A DNA stretch of 64,000 nt from Takakia lepidozioides. Lineage: Eukaryota > Plantae > Bryophyta. Of this stretch, positions 24,870 through 36,500 are shown piece after piece. The notes under the pieces were generated by a model, which was not told where the DNA came from, searched no databases, and worked only from the letters and a program-made list of their open reading frames with translations. Location of the stretch: positions 33,046,001-33,110,000 of the forward strand of contig CM060734.1 of assembly GCA_030704615.1 (NCBI GenBank), read 5' to 3'. How positions within the stretch are numbered: the first letter of the stretch is position 1; each line of letters starts with the position of its first letter. The translations under genes were made by a program, and so were the position numbers.

Positions 24870-27800
24870 TGGCTTCGCCAGTAAAACCCCTAGGGAGACT
24901 GGAAGCGGAGATATTGGGTTTGCAGTCAATTTCAGAAAACACAGATGCGGTGGAGGCCGCTGGAGATGTGGGAGTCGGATCTGCAGAAGGGCGGCCCATT
25001 CAACTGACAGAAGGAGAGGACGATAACGTGGTACGACTTGGCGACGATCAGAACCTGCTGGAGCTTGCGGAGGAGCAAAACCTCCAGGACAGTACACAGG
25101 CTGGTGAGAGGGGTGAGGGAAGTGACAGAGTGATACAAGTAAGAAACTGGTGGCGGGTATGCTCATGAGCGCACGAGACATGAACATAGCAGCAAACAGG
25201 TTGCTGGCAGAGACTCATAGCAACATAGGCCGCGTTTTGGGCTCCATGGTGTATCCGGAGAACCTCAAAGTTCCTTTGTGTCGCATGGTAAGCCTTCCAG
25301 TTGTAAGGCAAGCACTGCCAGGGGATATCGATCGACTGAAGCACAACTTCAGAGAAGGGTACAGACGGGGGTCGGCAGCATTCTACGTTTCCATTGAGAA
25401 TGACCAGGTGTCACAAGGGGCCCCACTGCAGAGGAGCTTCAGAATTGGGGCCCCACTGGCACACTGTTAATGCCGAGTTTGAAGCCTATCTGAAGACTAA
25501 TCCCACATTCGCACACATGGAAGGGAAGATGTTCTTGTTTGGGACGGGAACCACAGGATGCTTGCCTGGACAGAGTACATTGCTGAAATGCATCCGCAAG
25601 ATATCAGTTGGCATTACATGGTGGACTGCATTGTCGTGAAGGTGGACGTCAGGGACAGAGGACTGTTGAAGGGTGCCATGGCGGATATAAATCTGTAAGT
25701 ATACAATTACATCCTTGTGTACTGCCTATTGCGGCGCCGAAATAGGCAATGTTCACCACTGTCATGCACTCTATGAACTGGAAATTGGATTGCTGTGCCG
25801 AAATCATATTTTCATGTGTTTTTTTTCTCCATGGCAGGGTAACAGAGAGGGCCTTCGTGGAAACTCATCTGGCACATACGCTCTACAGAGTGCAAGAAGT
25901 GGGGACAGCTCCGCTGACGGACTTCCAAAAGTCCCTCGATCCCGAGCTGTACAGGAAGTCCCTAGCGAAAGCAGATCGCACCTGGTACCGACCAACACTG
26001 GACGCCATGGTGGAGATCCTCTATTCGGTGAGGTTCATCTCAAATTTCAGTATCAATTTAATGTTATTTGTTGCAGGGATCCGTGGCCTGACTGTATCTG
26101 CTGGGTATGGGAATGCAGACGAACATCAGGGATGACTTGGCCTATGCCAAAAGGCAGTTCTTTGAGAATGATGCCCCCAACAAGGCGGACGCGTCGATAG
26201 AGAGTCATATTGTGCAGGCAGGGAAGCAATCCCGGACCAAGTACAGGTCCAAACTTGTTAAGCAAGTTGCAATCGCTGACCCTGGTCTTGGTGCCGAGTT
26301 CCTGGCGGAGATAGGACTGCATTACTCCAGACCCATGAAACCGGAAATGTCCATGGAGAAACTTCATCACATCGCAGTGTCCTGTGTTGAGCCGGCGGAG
26401 AAGGTAAGCATGTGTTTATTCTTGTTTTGTGACTTCTCGCGATTCTTATGTTGGAGTTCTTGTCTGACCGATGTGAGGTGGCTGCAGACGAGGTGGCTGC
26501 GAATCTGGAACGGCCATACAAACACGAAGCTGCTACCACTTTCCCATCGAGCCAACAGACGACAAAATGAACGACTGGCTCAATGTCATGACTTGGTGGC
26601 ATCAGGTATAATTTTCTCCTATTCTGTGTTGGGACATCGTCGCAATTTCAAAATCATGAATGTTTTGGAAACCTGCCATGATGCAGGTACTGACCCACGC
26701 CCAGGAGCAATTGGACTGCAACACCACCACTTTCAAGTTACAGATCGACTGGACGAAGCCTGAGACAATGGAGAACTACGTGCAGTCGTGGCGAGGGCGC
26801 TTCGCAAACCTCTTTTTCAGAGAAATTGCAAAGGCAAGACGCAGCGTATACATCGAAGAGCAGGAGGGTGCCGACAAAGCGGCAATGCGTGTCCTGTTCA
26901 GGTAATCTGCTGACAATGCATCCCCCTATTTGCAGTTTAGATGATTTGGTTAAGCAGCGATGGATATTGCGGCGCCGAAATATACCTCTGCAAGATGTGA
27001 GTTCTGGGTAATTGGGGCACGGTCCACTCCGTATTTCGGTGCCGAAATACCTTGTGCATTGACAACTTCCACTTGCATGATGCATCGGTAGAATGATTTT
27101 TGTTGAACTGCCGTGATTGCAGGTACATAAACTTTGCACTCATTCCGTCCGGAGCCATTCAAAGGGTTCCACCATTCTTCCTGGCGTGGAGGACACCTGG
27201 AGGTCGTGGAACGATGTACACAGAAGTAATGGCGAAGGAGTGGCATGCCGAGCATTTGGTAGACTGCCCCTGGTATGTGGATCTCCCAAGTGGGACCGTT
27301 GACCTCTCGGAGGTTAACTTGAAGAAGGAAGCGAATGCCAGGGCTATGAAGGCGCAATCGGATCCCCAACCAGAGGACGCGGAAAAAGACTGAAAGCAGA
27401 GGAGGCAGCCAAGCAGAAAGCACTGAGAAAGTCAGCCAAGGCGGCAGCGTTGGCGAAGGAGCAGATGGAGAAGCAGGCAGCTGAGCAGCCCAAGGACAGG
27501 AAGAAAAGAACGCGCAAACAGGGGCAAGAGACGAAGACCCCCACACCCAAGAAGAAGAAGCAGCAACACAGTCAGCCAGATGAGGAGGGATTCCGACGAC
27601 GATTTCCAGCAGGAAAACACCCAGGGGGCCACACCTCGTCCGAAAATTCACAAGGGCCAGCGCCGGGGGGTCGGCTGCGAAGAGATCACTATACGAGGAT
27701 GCACCTGGCAGACCCTACCGTGCGGTGCACATTTGGGCAGGGAAGTCCTCAAAAACCCACAATTGTGGAGTGTGTTAATGAAAATTTCCTAACTGCTCTG

Positions 27801-29530
27801 ACCAGAAGGCTGGAGATAACGAGATTGAGGAAGGCGATCGAGGCCCACCAGGGGAAGGGGAAGAGGAAGGCCACTGGCAATGATATGGAGGACACTCCTG
27901 GCTACACAAAGATGATGGAGTATTTTGTGGCGATGAGCCACGGCAAAAAGAGCACAGTCGGGGGCAGGGCGGTGAAAGCCTCCATCGACATGATCCTTGT
28001 GGATATCCCGGATGGGCAGGGAGATACTGGGGCTGGGCTCAGTTCCCTGGTGGAACAAGTACGACGAAAGATACTGGAGCCACACATTCGGGTTTGCAGC
28101 CAACATGTTGGACGACGTTGGCTGTGTTGTTGTGCTAGCAGCCGATGGAGAAGTCACTGAGAATGATATCAAAGTATGGACGGGGAGAAGTGCAGCACCC
28201 ATCCTGAAAAAGATCTGGACTTGCATCAACACGCAGGGTCTTCTCAACGATGGCCAGAAGGTATGCTGTGGTTCTCCTCTGCTATGTCAATTTCTGCGCC
28301 GAAATTGCCCCTGTACGTGTAGGCCACCTCTGACGTTTTCATTTCCTTCTCTGCAGACTCTTATCTTTCAGGCATTTTGCTTCGTGAAGGAACATTCAAA
28401 ATTCAAATTACGTGAAGCAGGAAGACTTGTTGATTCCACAGTTGATCCACTGGAGTATAACGTCCTGTTCAACCATGTGGGAGAGAAGGACATTCTTTGT
28501 GATTTGTCGGGCAAGCCATGGAGGTATGGCAGGACCAGGAGTCCTGCATTCATCCAGACGCTCATGGAAACGTGTACGGATGTTGAAGGCAGGGTCCTTG
28601 ACGTCACTGCAAATACAGGTGAGAACGTTAATTGAATGCGGCACCGAAATTGACACCATTTCCGTTTCTGTATGTTTGCTTGTGCGAGGAAGCGACTCAT
28701 TCTTGAGTTTGGCTGTGGTTGTGTCGTATGAATTCGCAGGTGCCTGTATGTGGGCGGGAAGGATGTCGAACCGATTTGTGTTCTCATTTGAGGGGGATAC
28801 GGCCTTGTACGATTACAATTTGGCGGGCCTTCAGCGTCTGCCCGACTGAGGATCCCAAAAACGCAGAAGAGGACGTGGAAGGAGAGGAGGAAGATGAAGA
28901 GGAGGAAGTCCGGGAAATTCGTTCGATGCAGGGGCGCCCGAAGCCGCTTCCCCCAATGCCTGTCTTCGAGTGAGTTGCACCATAGTAAGTGTATTGGTTT
29001 CGGTTGTAGGGACCATGCAACCTGCCGATGATTCCCTGTTTGAATTCTCTAATGTACTTCATTCTATGTTTGTGTGTACACTCAGCCTTGCAGAGTCGTC
29101 CGACGAGGAGAAGCTGGGAGACTTGCTCGAATCGGACCCTGTTGCAGAGGAGGAGACAGAATCGCATCGGCCATTCTTTGCCAGAAAATCGTTTCTCGCG
29201 AGTCCCCAGAAGCCCTTTTTTCTACCAGCCTATGCAGACACGGCTGCCAAAGAAGCCATCAGGAGGGAGGATAGGCCTACTCGGTTAGAGCAATTGACAT
29301 ACGGGAATGAGCAGAGAATTATAATGAGGCGTGAGGCCAAACATAGAATTGTGAAAGGCAGAGTAGGGAAGTTCGTAATAGAATCCGCGTCCGAGAGCGA
29401 GGGGAATGTTGAGGACACTTCCGCACCCAGGTGGACAGTTCCGGCTGGTGAGGATGGTATTTTTGAGGGGAGGGCTTCTCAGAGTAACAGCCAGCGGCAG
29501 TGCAGGTTCGGGCAGGTGGAAGGCAGCCAT
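24870..29530 (+). pseudogene. Element B accessory gene: multi-exon ParB/Srx-like plus beta-class N6/N4 methyltransferase-like protein; frameshifted as given, 5' start uncertain
   Basis: VWDGNHR at 25537-25557; IDMILVDIPDG (DIPDG 28002-28016); RSPAFIQTLMETCTDVEGRVLDVTANTG then ACMWAGRMSNRFVFSFEGD; GT-AG introns at about 25694-25838, 26027-26118, 26404-26487, 26605-26686, 26902-27122, 28261-28356, 28619-28739 and 28970-29093. Confidence 0.8.
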
Positions 29531-29829
29531 CCTTGCATGAGGGCGGGGATGCATCGGACAGTGATAGCGGATCCTCACCATAGCAAAGTCTCATTTGAAT
29601 CCTTTTGTTGTACAGTTCTGAAACACTTAATGAAAATATTGACGATTTGAAAAATCATTGTGTTCAGACTGCTTGTCCATTCCCTACATTTCTTCCGCCA
29701 ACCAAAATCTATAATAAAAGCAGAAGAGACGCAAACTTCAGTGAAGAACCCTACAAGTAATTTATGCACACCATCGAGCCGGGAACTTGAAGCCATGAAA
29801 ACCCTGCCGTTTCTAACATTCCTATTGGG

Positions 29830-30111
29830 AAATTTGGCGCCGAAATAGCCCAGTTTGCGCCTTCGTTATATGGGCCTCAAAAATTCCACGGATGAATTAC
29901 TGCACCAAAATATTGCGATGGAAGCCTTCAGCACAAGGCACTTCACCACATTCCACTTGGGTATTTCGGCGCCGAAATTGCCCGTTCTGCGCCTTTAAAT
30001 ACCGCACTATATCACATTTTAAGAGGTAATTTCGGTGCCGAAATACCCCGGTGGATGTCTTCAAAACACCATTTTAGCACACTGCTCTTGGGAATAACGG
30101 CGCCGAAATTC
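29830..30111. repeat. Element B right palindrome cluster
   Basis: Copies near 29830, 29895, 29961, 30027 and 30092 at ~65-bp spacing. Confidence 0.9.
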
Positions 30112-32976
30112 CTCATTCCGCATCCTGGACCAGGAGAAACAGACCCTATTACCGAGGTAAGAGGACATAACACCGTCAATAAAGGCAGGAAAATTCCAAT
30201 TCCGCGGATGCCCGCTCATGAGCTCATAGGCTCATAGGCTCATGGGCTCATGCGCTCATGAAATAGTAAACCTCTGCTACAGTGGAGGAGAAATGTGATA
30301 AAGGGCTGCTCATACATCACCTCCTAATCGCTTCGTGCAAGAACGTCTTGCAAGGACCTTGTGTTGTCTGCCTATTTGCATTGCAGTGACGCTATTAAGG
30401 AGCCGCCTACTTCAATTTGAAGACTCAAGAGCTGCAGGTCCGTGGGCCATGCTTCATGTTATTGCCCATGTAAGATGGCAGCCACTCTCGTATATGCTCT
30501 TGGTTGAGCGTCTGAAGGCAGTGTCGAAAAGTTTGTGGTCTTTTGTTTACTCTAAGGCCTTTGCTTAGGAATCTTCCAGGCCCTCATAGTGAAACGGGTA
30601 TAATCGCAAATGGAGATAGCAAGATTGACTGGGGAGCTGTAGTGTGAATGCAGGGGAGTGACAGTGAAATTTTGCTTGGCATCAGGATCCGGCATTACTA
30701 CAAAGGGAGTGCCCTGGTACTAATAACGGGAGGGAACTATCCATGCCTACAGGTAATTCCATGGGCACACTATGCTATTGCTCTGCCAGGACAAAATGTG
30801 GCTAAGTCATGAAATACGCCTTTTCATCCATAGGATGAATGGCTTTCATCGCTGGTGATTACCTTAGAAACGCGGGTCGAGGAAGCTTAGGGCTTGCTGG
30901 AGGGTAATCGTGCAGGGAACAACTAGGTAATTTTGCTCAAGCCAGGAGAAGGGAGGCGGTGCAGTAATCGTTTCATGGCTTTGAAGAGAGGGAGTGCTGC
31001 AGGACGATTCATCAAGGGCAAGGGAAATAATATCATGTACTACTGACACAAGTAATGAAGGCATAGAGGCGGTGCTTCCTGTGATTTGACCGCTGACGGT
31101 GTAGGAGTTGCGGGGAAAGCAGCTCGGTGGAGGAGCGGCAGTGCCGTCGTTACTCTCATAACCACGATGACAAGGAGGATGAACTTGCAAGGGAAACAGC
31201 CTGTTGCCAGGGAATAGGAAGGTGGGGTTGCCGACTTGATCAAAGGCTAGTTAAGATGATGGAGCGGCTCCATCATGACGGGCATCTGCCAGAGGTAGGG
31301 TGCAAACTGATACCGCCGCCATTGCATTCATGTGCAATTATAGAAAGCTGCACTTGTGGAGAAGCAATTGCTGCCAGATCAAGGGCAGAGATGGGATTAC
31401 TGACTTGACCACTTGTGAAATGGTGCAATCGCCAGAATGAGGGCATTGGCTTGTGGACAGTGATACAGGTTATCTGTAAATAAAGAAGCAAAGAGTGAAA
31501 TATGTAGAGCATGAAGCTTTCAGATAATGACTGTCTTCTTGTTATCACATCAGATCTTAGGGTAGATTAGCAGAGATGGTAGGATAGGGTAATAGTTGGC
31601 AAGCAACAAGGTTACTGCCATAGGTTGAAACAGAGCTGTCAAGACTCACGGAACGCTTGAATCGACGAAATATCTGAAGGTGGAGTGGCAGAGCAATGAC
31701 AGGATCTGACATGCATAGATCTTTGTTTTTACAACGTGGCATTCAAACGACAAGAGGAGTTAGGGGAGCTGCTGACAGAGATGGTGAAGTGCCATTTCAG
31801 GCAGGCGATCCCACCGCTTCAGCTGGAGTATAAGAGAGCTAAGGTCATAGATGCAAGGCTCCTCTCTGACTTAGGGATAGTTGCTATGGAATTTTGCTAG
31901 AGAGACTCTCAATAGAAATGAGGGAGATAGAAAAAGATTTTGGCAAATGGAATGGAGACTTCTGGAATTCATACCAGTCCTGGTGGTAGAGAGAAAATGA
32001 GGTAGGGTGGAAGTTGTGTGGAGTGCTGCAAGAAGTTGGGAAGTCAGCTCTCAAACATAGGATGCTTCCTTTTTGGGTGTGACTTAGAAATCGTTTTGGG
32101 CAGATTTAGGACTTGCTCTTGATAGAAGGGAAAAGGATAGAGACATGTGATAGAGGAAAAGGGTTTTTGAAAATGGAATGGAGTGGTGGTCTGGGCTTCA
32201 ACCAGAATGGTGTAGAGAGGATAAGAGATGATGCATGTCAATTGGGAATGGTGATAGAAGGGCTGTCTGGTCCAATATGGGCACTTGCATCAGAAAAGGG
32301 AGATAAAACATTGGGAAGAAGAGAGATCCGCTCAGCAAAAGAATGATGAGAGGAGGGTCAGTTGAGAGATAAAGGAAAGACCATGAGTTGGATAGAAATA
32401 TCAGACCTGCACTGTATGGTAGATACATGTTGCCTTGCACTTTCGGTGATTGCATGACAACAAAGGGGGTTCAATGTAGATGCTACATGCAAATGGTGAA
32501 CTCATAGGCTGTCATTAACGCACTGGTAAGCTGTTTGAGTGACTATATCAGCATGAAAACTAAGCTGGTGCAAGACAGAACCCTAGTCAGGCCTGTTGCA
32601 CTATGCAGGAAACACCTTCACTTGTCCCATCCATGTCTTCTCTTCCGCTGCGGCGTGGACGAGGGCTTCATGAACTCTGATCATAAACAACATGGATGTA
32701 GCCAACCTGTGTGGGAGAACCAGGATAACAACAAGACCTTGCACTAAGAACTAGATTAGGATTAGACAGAAGGGGATATATGCCCCCTTCTTTTCACACT
32801 ACAGAGCCGCTATGCAGTATTTGAAAAAATTCACAATGAACAAGGGGAACCTGCAGGAACTCGGGTTCCTCAGGGGAACCCGTAGATAACTGGGAGCAGC
32901 TTTTAATGTTGAGAACGTTTTGGGTGTGAAAAATTAAAGAAATTCGTTCTTTGATCTAATTTAAATTACATAGAGC

Positions 32977-33585
32977 CTGGAGTTCCCTCCTCAGATAGCG
33001 AAGGGATGGGTGAGTAAAAGCCGCTCTACATTTGGCGATCATACTGGGGAACTGGGTCATGAACAACCAGATGTGACAGGCATCTGGTGGGATCATGGTG
33101 GTTGGAGAATTAAAGAATTTGATGTGAATCAAATTCCCTGTGAAACTGAGAAGGAAAGATTGTCCAAACAATTCTTTCAGAGGTTCTTGGAATTGCCAGA
33201 CGGTTGTAAGGAAAACATTCTTAAGAGAGTGCATGATGCTGACCTTGAGTGGGGTCTGGAGAAAGGGGTGATAAAGATTTATCAAGTGGCTTGTAGAGGA
33301 AGAGCACGTTGGTTACCAACACTGGTTTATGTGATAGCATTGCTATCCATTAAGCGAGTAGAGTTTGAAGGGTGGGAGGAAAGGAAAGTGAATGTTTACA
33401 CTCATATGCATGAAGAGCTTGTATTGGTAAAGAATTGGATTCCTAAGGATATTCTGTGGATCAAACTCACACCAAGATCAGCTTTTCAGACTTGTTTGCC
33501 ATATGGTTGTATGGTAACGGAGACCTCTAGTGTAGCCAAAGGCGCATTGAAGCTGGAAAGAAATCCGGGCATATACGAGAGGTAC
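32977..33585 (+). mobile_element. Isolated fragment of the Gypsy upstream-ORF region
   Basis: Inverted homolog of 6918-7527; contains the open 192-aa ORF 33010-33588. Confidence 0.85.
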
Positions 33586-33589
33586 TAGC

Positions 33590-36500
33590 GCTTGACCCCC
33601 ATTTTCATACCCTCTTCTTCAAATTTTTCAAACTATGTTACCAACTCAAGCGTATCCCACCCACTTGGAAACATAGTCGCACCATCCTGCTATTTAAGAA
33701 AGGCGACCCTACTGACCTTGGTAAACTACAGACCCATAGCCCTAGCCAACACTATCTATAAATTGTTTACCAGCACACTGACCACGCTGCTATCCAATTA
33801 CAGAGAACAGCACCATATTCTAAGCGACCCCCAGGAGGGCTTCCGAGCCACACGTAGCACAACCTGTCAAATACAATACGTCCTCTCAGCCCTCGAAGAT
33901 GCCAAGCTCACTAAACAAGATATCTACCTCCTGTATATAGACTTTAAAAATGCCTTCGGATCCTTAGATCATGCCAAACTACTTGCAATCATGACGGACC
34001 TTGGTTATCCCATCGATGCTAACTCATTGGCAATATCTATACCAACAGCACTACGGAATACTCCGGCTCATACTATGGTAGTACCCCCCTATTCCTATTT
34101 TACACGGTACTATCCAGGGTGACACCCTCAGTCCATACCTATTTATTATCTTTTTAGAACCTCTACTAAGATGGTTAGCACGCGGAAATCTCGGCTATCA
34201 CTATAAGACCTCCCCTAGCGAAATCTCCGCTGCCGCATATGCTGACGACCTAGCTATCCTAGCTCACAAACCCCAACACCTCAACCGGCAAGTCAGCAAG
34301 CTATCCCGCTTTAACCTATGGTCAGGCATGGAACTTAGCCTCCATAAGTGCGCCGTTACCGCAGCAACCCACCATAGTAAATTAACAAAATCCGCGATTG
34401 CTTCCCATTGTAAACTCTATATCCATTACCTAAACAACCCCTTCCCCTTTTTGGGACCCGATGAGCCTTACACATACTTAGGCATTCAGCTAGTCCCATC
34501 ACTTACCTGGCATGTGCAGAAGTCCACCACACTTGCTAAGCTCTCTAACAAAAGCCTGGCTCTTCTGAAATCCCCTGTCTCCATTAGACCCAAACTGTCA
34601 ATCATCAGCTCTGTGCTCAAGCCACAAGTCCAATACTCTTTTCACGCCGCTCCCTTCTCCCTACCGGATCTCAAAGTACTAGACAAACACATCACCCAAC
34701 TCACCAAGCGAATATGTGGCTTACCTACCAGTACTTCTAGTGCTCTCACCCACTCCCGACAGACTGTACGTACGTACGGGCGTCAGCTCCTCAAACCCCC
34801 TGATGATTTCATATGCCCCACCTTGGTACCCAGTTATAAGAAGCTCTCAATGACCCTGGATGCTTGGGACTTATCTACCGCGGCCTTCTTAAATTCGTAG
34901 CCCACAAATTCAATGGACTACAAGCCCTCCCATCTCTTCATTCCCAATCTTGCCTACACTCCCTCACGTCACGCACACTTCTCATCCTACGACAATCCGT
35001 TAGCCATACAACCAACCTATCCGGCTATCCTAACAGGATATCACAACTGGAACACGCTCTGAATACCAGCCCATCCCTCTCCCATTTTGAACGCCTTCAT
35101 CCCCGCCAAAAACGTCCGCTCCTCACCTATTTCAAAGAAGACGGCATATCACTCACTCCTCACCCAACTTACAATTGCCACTAGCCTCAACTTATACCCA
35201 GGAGAATTCACACTTCACACTCTGTGCCACAGCCAAAACCTGCAGGTTCCTCAACACTACGTAAGCCGACTCTGCCACCCATCCGCATCATGTACCCTTG
35301 AATGCTATCGTTCCCTCTCACTCTTCCCTCATACCCAACGCGAATTACGGCCTTTCCTACAGATCAGGTCCATCCCCCTCTATTCTCCATATGTTTTAGG
35401 CCTCTCAAACCTCGGTACACATGGCACTAGAAGACACCCCATCCACATCCACCTCCCCTATATCTCTCCTCCCCACTCAGATAGGGTCTCAACCCAGACC
35501 CCTCCCGCCACATCCATATCCCTTCCTTACGCAAACTACTTCCACCCCAGCTCCCCCCTCACCTGGCACTCCTACAACTCATCATGACCACCCAGAGCCC
35601 GAGACGCATAGTTATCGAGCATCTCAGGTATTAAGACCCCAAACTTCTACAGACACATATGGGCCACAGTGTTGATAAACCTATTACCTATGCCAATGGG
35701 TGTCTACACTTGAGGATAACTCATGGCAAATCGAGGACAACCTCTTTGGCTCACATGATATTGCGACCCCGCCGCCCACATCTCACCACTCCTCACCGCA
35801 TTCCCATAAACGTACCACCACTAACTACCTCACGCATACCCACCAACAAACATATCTCCCAAACCCAACCCAAAGATGCCCGTCACTACATCAACCACTT
35901 ACCGCCCCAACGTACACATACACATTACTGAATGCAATCCGATAAGGATTCCTACACACCTCCCCACAATCTGTCAAGGCCCTCTATGTCCACTATCTAC
36001 ACCTTCAAATCAACGGCTGTTTTCTTGCCCTCATTCCCAATGACAGACTAGCATGGCTATGGGCTAAAATACTCTACTTCCTCCCCCTGTGACACTCAAA
36101 TCCACCCACACCCTCCCAAGACTTTGCTACCGACCTCAGTGGCTGTTACCCGCTACCCTCCAAGACACTCCTCCCTCCCAAAAAACCCGTTCCCTGACAA
36201 AACTTCACAAGCCTTTACTCATACTACCATCCCCCTGATCCTCTCTCTGCTCGTTACCACCTTCAAACTCACCATCATATTATTCCGTCCCTTACATGCC
36301 CGATGGGAATCACAACTTTTGCCAGCCCCACCCCCGAAGTGCATCTTCGGGAGCCACCGGACATGCCACCCAACACGCATGGGCAGGGAGGGGATTTGCC
36401 CACACCCCTTCAGGCCCCCTCACACATGAAGGCCCTCCAATGGGCCCGTATGGCCACAACACTCTTCCCCATCAGACGTCACGATCCTCTTACTACTCAC

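Larger units (their letters stand above)
16829..30274. mobile_element. Element B: structurally complete 13.4-kb Mutator-like transposon with divergent transposase and ParB-MTase genes
   Basis: TIRs GGGGGTTGCTATTCCATGAGC (16829-16849) and GCTCATGAAATAGTAAACCTC (30254-30274), 17/21 match; 10-bp TSD TGCTGCGGTG (16819-16828) / TGCTACAGTG (30275-30284) differing by two G/A transitions; CATGAGC subterminal repeats at both ends. Confidence 0.9.

Noticed and set aside
24870-29530. Bacterial contamination or very recent transfer of a ParB/MTase locus
   Set aside because: The gene has conserved GT-AG introns, lies inside TIR/TSD, occurs in three diverged copies and is contiguous with plant retroelements and RanBP1.
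2484-30274. A single 28-kb element from the A left TIR to the B right TIR
   Set aside because: The TIR match is good, but the flank at 30275-30284 pairs with 16819-16828 as a TSD, not with 2474-2483, and A and B have separate gene sets and palindromes.
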